Source: Convolutriloba macropyga
Lineage: Eukaryota
Length of the DNA: 64,000 nucleotides
Direction of reading: 5' to 3'
NCBI RefSeq assembly: GCF_964194025.1
Contig: NC_134476.1
Location: forward strand, 54,126,001-54,190,000
The translations under genes were made by a program, and so were the position numbers. This document shows, piece after piece, positions 26,676 through 38,090 of the stretch (its first letter is position 1; each line of letters opens with the position of its first letter). The notes below the pieces were generated by a model. It was not told the DNA's origin. It saw nothing but the letters and a program-made list of their open reading frames with translations, and made no database searches.

Positions 26676-27635
26676 ATTAAAACTACCTTTGGACTGAACT
26701 CATGTGGGTCTAACAAACCCTTGGATTTATTTATGTTTAAATCCTAAAGCCTTTACTACTACTACTACTACTACTATAATCCACGGAGTTGTACAAACCT
26801 CACTGTCAAGTTAGTTGAGAATCAGGAGAAAAGCGTTTTTTCCTCGTTGTCATGGTATAGAGACGCGAAAAGCACAAGTTCATAGTTACCTCCGTAGATC
26901 ATCTGTGTTGATTGTAGCAATCTGTCATACTCTACCCTACAACTGATCTAAGTGTCTAAGTGAGCTCAGTGAGTGTTTGTGTATGGTGGTGCGTGTTAAA
27001 AGTTTCTCAACTGTTGTCGTCTAATTTTCGCAATAGGGTTTCTCTAAACCAACAAGGTCCGCTTCCTGATCATTGGGGTTGCCAAAGTCAGGAAGGCAAA
27101 GAGTTTACTGGCGTCAGGCGAGTACAGTTCCTGCTACTCTTTAGACTGTTTATCTCAATACTTGTTTCTCCAGACAAGACTTTATAATAAATTACCCAAA
27201 ATATAGAAATCATGAACAATTAATTGTACAAATAAGAGCAGCATCTAATGAAGTGGAAAGAATAATCCCTTCCGAGAAGATTGGAAAAAGATTTAGAAAA
27301 AAGGTTGCCGCGAAAAAGACAGAAAGTTTAAACAGAACTAACCATAGCATCGTTTTCTTTCCCCACTTGCTCCCAGCTTCTGCTCCCATACCCATCCTGC
27401 TCCCTACTTGCTCTCAGCTTTGCTCTCCGTTCTGCTCTACCCTCGCTCCCAGCTTTGATCTATCGCCCTGCTCCCTCCTCGCTCTCCGTCATGCTCTCCC
27501 TGGATTGCTCTCCGTTCCGCTCACCCTTCTGCTTCCCACACTGCTCTAGGACGTAGCTTAAGACCCAGTACACAAAATATTTTTCACCAATACTCTTTAA
27601 ATATTCAAGTTAAAACTCGCTTAGGCAACCAGCAG

Positions 27636-28054
27636 GCTAAATCTTGGCTAAAACAGTGAGCTTTGCAACATGTTGAAAATTAGGTCGGTTTTCCCGGAAC
27701 CACTCGGGCCTACAACTGCTATGAAGATTCTATCGTTTGTAAGAATAACTTTGTTCATAGTTTGGGATTTGGCAAAATATAACCAACTAGACTCAAAAGC
27801 AGTGCTATCCAAATTGACTTTTCTTCACTACTCTCTGATATCAAAAAGAGCATAGCAAAGCAGGGGCTTATCAGCACAATGATGCCGACTTGGACGAAAA
27901 ATATTACCTCCGATCGCGGAACTACAGTATTAGAACAGCAACGCCATGGTGGTCTCTCTTTATTACCTTCGTCGAAAACTAAATTGGTCACGCCACCATC
28001 AATTTCATCCTTCACAACTCGGCTAGTCATTGAGGGGGTTACTGCTGTAGACAA
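27636..28054 (-). mobile_element. Polinton/Maverick-like fragment: small 2-TM ORF overlapping the truncated start of a packaging ATPase
   Basis: ORF 28054-27755 (WRCC...RSEVIFFVQV...WIALLLSLVGYILPNPKL) overlaps by ATGA with MNKVILTNDRIFIAVVGPSGSGKTDLIFNML (ATG at 27758, Walker A), which stops at 27650. Confidence 0.6.
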
Positions 28055-28358
28055 TTTCTAATACAAAAATGAATGGCTCAAATAATTTAGTGCTGTAAAT
28101 ATAATTTAGTGCTGCAAAACCTGATTGGTCTGGATTTTTGTTGATGACTCATCCATTCATGCTCGATCTCTCATCTCCAATGATGTAACTGGATATGTTT
28201 ATAGTTGCTGTATGAAGTGTCCCCCTTGTCCCCCCTATCCTTCCTCATATGTTATTGCCTATCCTGAAGCATGTAATGTCCCCCGTAGTAATTTTTACAC
28301 AGCTTAATCAATTGTCTACAGCTAAATCAATTGTGCAGCTGAAAAATCAATTCTCAAC

Positions 28359-28494
28359 TATAGCTGTGTAGTAAACTCTACGGGGGGGGACTTTTGGACT
28401 TTTTGACAGAAAAATCTCTTCTCCGATTCGGAAAAGTGATTTTTTGTCAAAATGTCCCCCCCCCCCCCCCCGTAGAGGTTACTATACAGCTATA
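28359..28494. repeat. Inverted repeat / MITE-like fold-back
   Basis: tatagctgtgtagtaaactctacgggggggg pairs with cccc...cgtagaggttactatacagctata. Confidence 0.7.
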
Positions 28495-29037
28495 TATACT
28501 ACTCAAGTTCCTAACAAACGTAGTCTTCGAAAGTCAACAATGAATGTGTTCCTTTAGAAATGGCTTACAAAAATTGAAAATACCTAAAGAACCAGTTGCT
28601 CGTATTTAATTGCTCTCAAACGAAGTTTAGTATTTATATTAGTCGTAGGGTCTTTCTATGCAATATGTTTTCGCTTTAAACGTAATACATATGTTCTAAT
28701 GGTGCAGAGTTGTACCTGTTTGAAGCCTCAATTTGACATGTACTGATTCATATGACTCTGAGGCTATTTATTTACAAAATTTGCTGGTGAACTTAGTTGT
28801 GGCCTTAATTGTTGTCTTTCGATGTGTTGCTGTTCTAACTAAGTCTACTTAATTTCAAACCATATCGGCTTTCGCGAATCGTTATCATGAAATTTTCTTT
28901 GAGTTATTAGTTTTGCCCCTAATTTGTTTTTATTGAAGTCTCGTTCCTTACTTTCATTATTTTGAAGTTTTGTCTCCGTTTTGTATTGTAGCGAACTTTA
29001 GTAGTTTTTGGAGGGTTTTGTTTTACAGGAAATGTTT

Positions 29038-29525
29038 TTAATTGCTCTCAAACGAAGTTTGTAACATTTATATTAGTCTTGTTGATAGAATTTTTCGCTG
29101 GACCGGTTTTTCGTCTGACCCATTTGACTTTTCGTCCTCAAAAGCGGGTAAACAGGTAGCACCCAGCGGGCATTAAGTTCTCTTGGAGCCTTCCAGCTCA
29201 CTAGTCTCCAACTATGCGATTTACAAACTGTTTTGGAGACTTATACTGCTGGTGTGAAGGACGGTGCTTGGAATTTAACCCCCCACATCAGCCCCCCCAT
29301 AATCTACCCCTGCATATCGTTCATGTCGTAAGGTCCCCGTGCAGCCAAAGACCCCCTCGCACCGTTGTCCCACCCTCATTAGTCCCCCGCTTTACCTCCC
29401 CCCGCTGCGCTCACGCCACGCCCATCCAATTAAGCTAAAGATAGCCTCTCTAAACCGTGGCTGGCTACTGACGAAGCCAACATGTTTGAGAGCAACTCGC
29501 CCCCCGTTAGTTGATTGTTATTCAA
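29038..29525 (+). mobile_element. HINE/DINE-1-like non-autonomous repeat, copy 1
   Basis: 5' aattgctctcaaa, shared core (gacttttcgtcctcaaaa...ggtagc), C-rich centre, and inverse subTIR tttgagagcaa at 29485. Confidence 0.6.
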
Positions 29526-30009
29526 CTTTGACTCTATTTTTTTCCATTAACTAACTATTTGATTTCGCTCATTGTTTTTTGTGCAGATATGTTTCTTGTC
29601 AATTAGTCTTATTAATGTCAAAATTTATCGGCTCTCCAATTGGGCATACATTAATCTAACAAATGGTTCAGTTTAGTGATTAATTGCTCTCAAGTAAAAT
29701 TTGTAGCAATTATATTAGTCCTTTGGTCTTTTTACGACTCTTAGAGGAGTATTGGTGTTCAACAGGTTTCTACGACTCAGACGAGTAGTGAGATTCAACA
29801 GGTTTTTTAGCGGACGCAAATTTGTTCATGACTTGAATTTTGACTTCTTTCTATTCGAGAAATTTACCTCCGTTTTTGATTGTTGTTTTCTGTTTCCTGA
29901 ACATTGGACTTTAACAATAGCTGTCTTTAATGTATAGCAATTCGGAACTACTGGTGATATTCATGTCGAAGAGGTCAATTTGCGAAATTTTGATTCCATT
30001 TAACCACTT

Positions 30010-30350
30010 CCTAACCCCCTCCAAAATGTAGCCTTCCCCCATGTACCCGAACCCTCCCCCCACACGCACATACACCACGTATCACCTCCTCCCCACACCG
30101 CGTACCGCCTCCTACCCCCCCCCCCCCAACGTAACCCACACCCCCCACGTAACCACACCCCCCACGTAACCACACCCCCACCCCCCCCCCCCCCCCCCCC
30201 CGTAACCCCCGCCCACCACCGCTCCCCTCTCCCAACTTAACCCCAAACCTACCCCCCGCAATACACCCCACGCCATGTACCCCTCCCCCCACGTAACGCC
30301 AAACCGCACCTAGCACCCTACCCCAACCTAACCCCCTCCATACCCTTTCA
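30010..30350. repeat. C-rich low-complexity tandem repeat (ccccacgtaacc-like units); G-rich on the minus strand
   Basis: Direct inspection. It produces only spurious Gly-rich ORFs. Confidence 0.85.
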
Positions 30351-30488
30351 TTGAATTAAGAATTGTGTATGCGTTTTTTGCAACTCTTTACAATTTTTGC
30401 TGTCTCATTTTTGATTTCGGTAAAAGTTGATTTTAGGTTAAAGGTTTTAATCAACACCTGTTGCGATAATAGCAGTTGAATAAAGTGA

Positions 30489-32323
30489 CAGTGTAATAAC
30501 TTTTAATGCCCGATCGACACTGGAAAAACACTTCTGCATTAGACTACGAGTTTCTCACGCTCTTTTCTCGACACTGTTACTAAGTAAACAGTGGCGATAA
30601 AAGAGTGGTGATAAACTCGTAGTCTGGTAGTTGGGACATTTGAAGTTCCATGGAACCATCGCTTTCGAAACCATTAAAGTTAGAAGTGCTCGGTCCGGCT
30701 TATGTAGCACTAATACGTTTCTTTGCTTTAGCGGATCTTTTATACACTCTGAGAGCAGTATCACTCTTATGGCCCGAGATTTGTTTAACCTCGCTCTCAC
30801 TGTGGCCAGCGTCAAGGAGCGCTGTTACTGACGACGCTCTAATAGCATGTCCTGACCAAAGAAAATTTGTATCCCAACCAGCAGCTCGTGCAATTTCGGA
30901 CATAATTTTTCTCAAGAAATTGATTCCCATTGGCTGATTGTTGTACCACCGGTTGCCTCCTTTACCATTTATACGATTATAAAATCTTGATAATTTGACG
31001 GAATTTTGGACATGTAAAACTGGACAATTTGAACAGGACAGTTTTCTTGAAAAGTGGGATATATAAAAGCTTGTTTTGGCTGCGAGCCTTTAGTTCTAAT
31101 TCTACCACTATGATTTTTTGATATGCGTTCGTCATATCGAATGTAGCGTTCTTGTCCCATTCCAATATTTGTAATTTGTGGGTTATTTCCCCATGCTAGT
31201 TGATGCTGCTCTTTGCCTCCTCGCAAGCAGAAAAATTTGCCAATACACTGTCCATAATAATTGTTTTTTCCTGAGAGTTTTTTCCTAAAATTTTGCGTTG
31301 CCATAAATGTTTCTCCATATCTTCGCTCACTGACAAAAAAAATGTTTTTTTTACAATACTAGGAAAAAAAAATCAGTGGTGAGATCTGAAAGTTTTTTAC
31401 AAAATGAAAGAAACTTTTGGCCAAATAACGCACAAAAAACAACAGTTGTTTGTACATAATCCGTCCAAATATCTCTGGCAAAAAGAGCAGTTACAAAAGT
31501 AGAAAACAAATGGACAAATTAAACATAAAGAACAACAGTTGTTTGTGTTTAATTTGTCCAATTGGTTTCAGCTTCTGAAAATGCACTTTTTTTTTACCGA
31601 GCTCAATTACAGATGCAAAAAAAGTATTTCATTGTTTTCTGTTGCCAGAAAAACAATATCCCAATATCAGCTTGTCTTGGGTGCCCATTAAGACCCCTAG
31701 CTGATAAGTTTTTCATCCTCTTGTCAAGTGCGAGTTGGAAATTTGAGGTTTTTCAGAGTAGGAATTGCACCCCCTGAAGTTCATTGTGTGTGGATCAGTC
31801 ATAATTTGTGATTTCACAAACTTTTTCTCCCCTTTTTCACCAACCTCTTTCCCCACCCACCCATCTTCCCTTAAAAAAACAACCATGAGTTTATCAAAAA
31901 CTTTTTCCTTTTGATTGGTCCTTCAAATACATTTGAATTGTTGCTGCAATGTGGTACAAAGTTCTTGGTGAAAATTCGTCACCATTCTAGTTTTGACTTC
32001 ACTAATGAACATTTTCAAATAGTTATGTGTGGCTCCTGGAAAAGTATCAAAAATGCTATCCAAAGACACTTTCAAAAGTGTTTCATCAGTTGCAGTTTCG
32101 AGCCATTTATTCCAGAGTTTACACACCCATGAAAATATACGCAGGGAATTTTTGCTCAAAAAAGTCACTCATTTTGACTGTGTTCAATTTTGAAATGATC
32201 GCAACAGGGCTTGGTTAAAAAAAATTACCACACGGTTGATATCGCCCTCGAAGTTATCATAACACCTCGGCTTCGCCTCGGAGTTTGATAACTTCTCGGT
32301 GTCGATAACAACCGTGTGGTAAT
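30489..32323 (-). mobile_element. Decayed Crypton-type (DUF3504/ZMYM-KCTD1-like) tyrosine recombinase element with flanking hairpins
   Basis: Pieces in order on the minus strand: FISEVK / NGDEFSPRTLYHIAATIQMYL (~32000), LDKRMKNLSARG..RQAD (~31720), EKHLWQRKILG, FCLRGGKEQ, SKNHSG, CPV, then WY..QPMGIN..GHAIRASSVTALLDAG..ISGHKSDTALRVYKR with the catalytic R, HxxR, H and Y residues. Frameshifted. Confidence 0.85.
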
Positions 32324-33534
32324 ATTCATTAATATACGACGCTTTGAGTCGTTTCCGGTATTCTACCGGCTGTGTTTTTTTAGCAGAAAGCATGTTTGGT
32401 CATGACTTGAATTTTGACTGCTTTCTATTCGAGCAGGTATCTTCGTTTTTGATTGTTGACATCTGTTTTCGAAAGTTGGATTTTAAATAGCTTTGTTTGT
32501 GATGTATAGCAATTGGGACCTACTGGTAATATTCAAGGTGAAAAGGTCAATTTGAGAAAGGTTTTAATGTATGACGCTTCCAGTCGTTTCCGGTATTCTA
32601 CCGGCTATGCTTTTTATGCGATTTTTCGCTTGATCGCGACCGCTTTCATCTGACCCATTTTACTTTTCGTCCTCAAAAACGGGTTAAACAGGTAGCGCAC
32701 AGAAGACATTAAGTTAGAGCCCTAGGCCTTACTATTCTCTTACGAATGCGATCCGCCAAAACCGTTTTGGGGAGAAAATTTCATGGTGTGAAGGGCAGTT
32801 CTTTATCTTGAAAGCTTGACCCCTTTTCGCTTGCCAGCAGTTATTGTTTAGATTTCTCTTATTTTGTTTCATTTTACGCATATACGCTTATGCGCCATGT
32901 TTGCTAATTTTATCGATGGCTGTTCTACTGTTGTGGTTGCTCCTGATATTTATTGTGTACCGTCTTGATTTTGTGATTTCTAATCGGTCATACAGTCAAA
33001 TTCTTCAAGTCTGAGGTCATTCTTATTCAACTGAGTTGTTGGTGCCATCCGTGATAAGAAAAGTTTGTCAACGGTGGTTACTAGTTCGTGTGTTTTGTTT
33101 TGGGCGATATATGGAATGCTTGGAAAACACCAAACTAAGAGTTTCTTTAATTGCTGGCTTGTTTTCACTGCAGGGCATCTCTTGGGAGATTTCTTTAGCT
33201 TTATGGGCTCAGTATTTGTATTGATTTCTCAAAAGCCTATTTTTTCAGGATTTTTTTTGGTAAATACGTGATGTGGAGATTTTACAGACTAGCAGTTTCC
33301 TTTATGTACCTGGAATAATGTGAAAAGGGGCCTTAAGGGAACTGATAATTTCCTCTATTTGTTCGCATTGAATAGGTGGCAGAATCCAATCGATGCCAGT
33401 TATAAATCAATTCAAATGGTTATGCGGCAAAAACTCTCTTGCAAAATTTTAAAATTTTTGGAGAATGTTTGATAGTTTGAATTTCAGCGGTGGAGGGTAA
33501 ACAGTAAACAGTCGTAATTCCATTGTTAATACAG

Positions 33535-33716
33535 GCTCCTCTACAATGGGTGAAGTGCAGGTGTTTGACGCACATCACCTGGTGCCAGTGGTGACAATCC
33601 CTGCGCATGACAACCCTCTAACTGCAATGAGTTTCAACAGGACAGGAGACAGATTAGCCACTGCCTCTGATAAGGGAACAGTCATCAGGGTCTTCTCGAT
33701 GCCTGAGGGCAATAAG
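33535..33716 (+). CDS. WIPI2: WIPI1/2 coding exon 2
   Basis: acag|GC acceptor continues the frame ([14 protein letters not shown]...AHDNPL...[14 protein letters not shown]). Donor AAG|gtac. Confidence 0.95.
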
Positions 33717-34151
33717 GTACAATTTATAATCCGTCATTTTATGTATTTAACATTAAACAAACTTTTGGTGCACTAATTTTGTGGGAACGAAGCCTAATGC
33801 TTCCAACTATAAATTGACCAAAAATTTATTTCCATCTACAACGTGAAAGATGCTTAATTGTATCTCCATCTGAAAGAAAATGAGTTCTCTGATTGTTACT
33901 GGTTGCAATTGATAAGTGCTGTTGTGTTAAGAGAAGCGAACTTCCGCTGACCTCTCAGTTTGTTAATAGACGAGGTGCGATTGCAAATTGCTCAATATCA
34001 GTTCACAATAAATACTAGTCAATATTGGGCTTATTTTCGAACATGATGCTAAGTATAGAGAAGTCGATATAAAATCTTCTGCTCCTTCGAGGAAAATTCG
34101 TGAAATTATCTGATTTTGATGCTTGTTTAACTGAAATTTGTGTTTATGTAG

Positions 34152-35183
34152 ATGTTTGAGTTTCGACGTGGAGTAAAACGGTGTGTGACAATTTATTCTC
34201 TGGCGTTCAGCAACGATTCACTCCTTCTTGCCTGTTGCAGTAACACTGAAACTATCCACATATTCAAACTAGAATCAGCCTCAGCCAGCAGAGGCTACTC
34301 TAAATCAGTAGCTTCAAATGGACCTCACAGTGCGGCCTCAAATCCAAGTTTAGACGACAATTCAAATAGTCGGACATGGATAGGATATTTCGGTCAGGCA
34401 ATTCTGGACAGTGCTTCCTATTTACCAACAAATGTAGGGGAGATGTTTACTCAAGGAAGAGCAGCGTTTCAAGCCAGGATACCATTCTTTTCCGAAGATT
34501 CCACCTACTTTAATACGTGTGCTCTGACATGGATCAATAAAATTTTACGGCTTGTCGTTGCTAGCACCTCTGGTCAGCTTTACATGTATAACGTGGATCT
34601 ATCAGATTCAACAGGTGAATGTCCTCTGATAAGGCAGCATAAAATTGACGGCAGCACTGGCCTGGGTGTGGGAGGAAGTCGCAAATCGAATGGTTCCAAC
34701 AACAACATCTCAAGAGGTTCCAATTCAAGTCCGCTATCAGAAAACTCTAAAAGGGTTTCAGGTGCTTCTAATAGTCGATCGAACTCGGCCACATCGTTTG
34801 ACTATGCTGCTACTCAAAACAACGTTGTCACCACCGAAGACTCAGTGAGTCCTCTAGGTGGTGTTGACATCCCTCCATCTCCGATTGCAAGGTGGTCGGA
34901 GTTCGATGAAAGAGATCCAAAATTTGCTCCGAGTGGAGCACCGTTAGCATATCCGTACACAGCGCCTGTTGTGGGATCATTTGGCTCGTCATTGAATGAC
35001 AGGCAAGGATCATCACCAGGCAGTAATTCTGCCAATCAGGGAGGTGTAACCTATGCCGGTATGTTAGGAACGTCGCCTTCGGGTGACAGAAGTCTTGATG
35101 ATGTCTCTGCCCGGTTCAAAGGAGGCATCAAAATTGACGATGAAAACGAGTTTCCGCCTATGACTATGCATACGGATGATTGA
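34152..35183 (+). CDS. WIPI2: WIPI1/2 coding exon 3 (terminal); spliced product 557 aa
   Basis: tag|ATG acceptor. Contains the FRRG phosphoinositide-binding motif, SNTETIHIFKL, a Ser/Asn-rich tail and C-terminal EFPPM. Confidence 0.95.
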   Translation: MFEFRRGVKRCVTIYSLAFSNDSLLLACCSNTETIHIFKLESASASRGYSKSVASNGPHSAASNPSLDDNSNSRTWIGYFGQAILDSASYLPTNVGEMFTQGRAAFQARIPFFSEDSTYFNTCALTWINKILRLVVASTSGQLYMYNVDLSDSTGECPLIRQHKIDGSTGLGVGGSRKSNGSNNNISRGSNSSPLSENSKRVSGASNSRSNSATSFDYAATQNNVVTTEDSVSPLGGVDIPPSPIARWSEFDERDPKFAPSGAPLAYPYTAPVVGSFGSSLNDRQGSSPGSNSANQGGVTYAGMLGTSPSGDRSLDDVSARFKGGIKIDDENEFPPMTMHTDD

Positions 35184-36443
35184 GCAACGACTGAGTCTGT
35201 ATCTTGTAATGTCCCTTGGCAAACATTAGTGTGAGTTAAAAGCATTGAAACTTCAAACGTAGCACGTTTCATATTCAACTTGACTGAATTTTCAGCTACA
35301 GCTGAAGAAATTCTCCCCTTGTTTGGTTTTTCATAGTTTAATCCCCGTTTCTGTGAAGTTGCTGCATTCACAAACAAATTGCCACTTGATTCCTGTTCTT
35401 TAGTTTTCTAGGCCCCTTAATGCCGTGAAGTCAATTTATTTGTTCGAGTTTGTTTATATTTAAGCACATACGAAAGGTAAGTTGTGAGCTGAGCGTAGCG
35501 GTTGCTAATCGGCTAATGTGAGCATTGATTTTCTCTTGGTTTTTTGTTTACTCAGATTACAGCATTAATGAAAACCTAGAGGTAGAAGTGACTACCTTTC
35601 TCGAAAGACTCTCCGAACCCCTTGCTGGATGCACATCTAGGAAGGCAAATAGTTCAAATAGAATTGGGCTCTTCAAAAGACCAACGTATTTCGACTCTGG
35701 GTTTCCCGTAATTTTCGCCAGCAGATTAAATGAAAAAATTGATTGAGCAAGTTCTATTTTCAGTTGTGGCCGAGCAACTCACCTCAATTTTGGCTCTTTG
35801 ATTGCTATCAAACAAAGTTTGAAGCAATTATTGTAAAGATGTCGTTTTTATGGAAAAATTTTGCTCGGCCGTTTTCTTCTAGAACATTCTTTCGATTTAT
35901 TGACTTCACGCTGATTTTTTTTTTTGAGTGATTTGAATTGTACGCATTCAGAAATTAAGTCTGTTGCTAGAATAAAACCGATTGTAAGAGCGACGCAACA
36001 TAGCCCGTGAAGCGTAGTGGTTAGCCTTGGTAGTCAGTAGTTTTGCTCCATAAAAGTTTCTTTAGCGTACGCCCCTTTCAAATTCTGCAATTCGTCCAAC
36101 TTTCGTCCATAGTCGGTGTATGTTCTATACTTAGATGTTAGGTTCAAAAGCAGTGTCAAGGGTTTCGGAAAACTTATCATTTCTCATTTTATGCCAAGTT
36201 GACGCTGAAACGTGCTACGATTTTCTTATCGTCCTTGTCCGATTTGTGCAGTGATTTGATAGTGGTTTCTTCATTCTGTCTTTGTTATTAGATATTCAAT
36301 AGTAGACTGAAACTAGTAATTGATGAATCGAATTTTTAGATAGACCACCCTCTTTATGGCGCTATAGGTTACAACTTTTCTATTCAATTTTCTCGTAGTT
36401 AGTGATTGAATAATTCCATGTTTACCTGAACATCGACTAAATA

Positions 36444-36876
36444 CACTCTTTGACAAAAAGTCTCTCATTGGATTTTTAGATGGTAAATTGCCTGTTTTTG
36501 ATGGACACTGAGTTGAGTTGCACGCAAAATATGTTCAACTTAATCAAGCTTTCCTCAGATGAAGCAGAATTTTAACGAGCTAGTTCAAGCACTCATTATT
36601 TATTTGAGCAAATTACACTAGTTGACAATGAGTGCTTACAATAATTACAAGCGGAGCTCAAATTACTATTGATTAGGGATACAGCCGAAAGATAATAAAC
36701 AGACCTGTGTCTCAGAACGGCAATTATCTACCTGGATATACTCGGTGAGTACGCTTAAAATGCGTGGATTGATGTAAATATCAAAATCAATGGAACATGT
36801 TGACTACATTTAACTTTTAAAACTTTCCCTTTGCCATGTAAATTGCAACATGAGAGTTAACTTTTGTCTATGAGTG
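36444..36876. mobile_element. Older MITE with TA TSD, related to the adjacent one
   Basis: TA|cactctttgacaaaaagt ... acttttgtctatgagtg|TA, imperfect TIRs. Confidence 0.6.
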
Positions 36877-36882
36877 TACGTA

Positions 36883-37161
36883 CACTCACTGAGAAAAGTA
36901 AACGCACAAAATGCAGTTTTTAATGGTAAATTCACGTGAAACTCAATACAGCTGCTTAGATAGTCAACTATCTGGACTGTTTCTGTAAGTAAGCTTAACA
37001 GTTTACCCAAAATTAGAGCTATTAAACTTCTGATGATTATGCGTCGATTGACATAAAAATCAAAAGAAACGACCAAAATTATGTTGCCTAAAATTGACTT
37101 GAAAAACAAGCACTTTACCATGTAAAACTGCATTTTGTGCGTTTACTTTTGTCAGTGAGTG
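36883..37161. mobile_element. Tc1/mariner-like MITE with ~48 bp TIRs and TA TSD
   Basis: TA|cactcactgagaaaagtaaacgcacaaaatgcagtttt ... aaaactgcattttgtgcgtttacttttgtcagtgagtg|TA. Confidence 0.85.
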
Positions 37162-37631
37162 TATTTTACATCCTGCTGCGATATTCTCTGGTAAACTTTT
37201 TATAAATGAAGAGTATTCAAAAATGCTAGATATTATTCACGATATAGGTATAAAGATTGCTTGATGATAATGATTGTAGTGACCGAAAGGTGAATAGTAT
37301 CTAGTTTTGTAGCTGAAATAAATACAAAATTTACCAATAATTGTAGCGGTCCCAAAATTTACAATTTATCCTTAAAATCTTTTTGCTCATATTAGTCAGC
37401 TTTGCTTATTGAATTGTTAGTGAATACTTGTTTCTCTTATCATTGCTATGGTTTTGGATATCATGAAAACTATGAAGTTGCTTGTAGCGAAAAACGTTGA
37501 GGGAAGAATTCTGGAAACGATCCCAAGTGTTTATCTCTGACAAAAACAACGTTAGCATTTGAACCACAAATTCAACTAAGTGAAAAGTTGGCGTGTCTGT
37601 AGGAGTAATAAAAATAAAATAGAAACGTTAA

Positions 37632-38090
37632 TTAATTGCTCTCAAACGAAGTTTGTATCAAATATATTAGTCCTGTCGGTCTTTTTTTATACGATTTTTC
37701 GCTTGACCGATTTTTCGTCTGACGCTTTTGACTTTTCGTCCTCAAAAACTGGATAAACAGGTAGCGCCCAGCGGGCATTAAGTGCTCTTAGAGCCTTTCA
37801 GCTCTGTTTCAGCTCAAACTGTTTTGGAGACTTATACTTATGGTGTGAAGAGCGGTTCTTAGAGGATGATACACCCCCCCCCCCCACCTGTTGACCCCCC
37901 ACCCCCACTATTGCCTCCATCCCCCACCGCGCTGTTGACCCCCCACCCCCACTATTGCCTCCATCCCCCACCGCGCTGTTGCCCCCCCCCCCCAAACCAG
38001 TGTTGCCCCCCATCAGCCCCCGGTACACGGTACACCCCCCCCCCCCCCGTGGCTAGCTACTGACGAAGACCGACGTTAGTCGGTTATGTT
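37632..38090 (+). mobile_element. HINE/DINE-1-like repeat, copy 2, with expanded C-rich central repeats
   Basis: Same 5' end and core as the 29038 copy. Ends in gctactgacgaag followed by the accgac-gtta-gtcggt hairpin. Confidence 0.6.

Larger units (their letters stand above)
22450..26774 (+). mobile_element. Full-length, apparently intact CR1-group LINE with (TAC)n tail
   Basis: Two intact ORFs, a repeat-bearing 5'UTR, a (TAC)n tail at 26754-26774 and a candidate TSD TATAA (22445-49 and 26775-79). Confidence 0.92.
22287..27212 (+). mobile_element. Solo LTR (~600 bp when reconstructed) interrupted by the LINE at 22450-26774
   Basis: TG at 22287 and CA at 27212 are flanked by a 5 bp direct repeat TGAAC (22282-86 and 27213-17). 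AATAAA lies at 27186, near the 3' end. Confidence 0.6.

Noticed and set aside
22450-26774. LINE length (~4325 bp) nearly equals the tandem unit length (4323 bp)
   Set aside because: No sequence similarity between them; coincidence.
30011-30316. Gly-rich ORFs (also the Gly/Pro-rich ORFs at 37798-38063)
   Set aside because: Translations of C-rich simple repeats.
35990-36060. A-box-like tRNA/SINE head (gcgtagtggttagc)
   Set aside because: No B-box or cloverleaf could be built.
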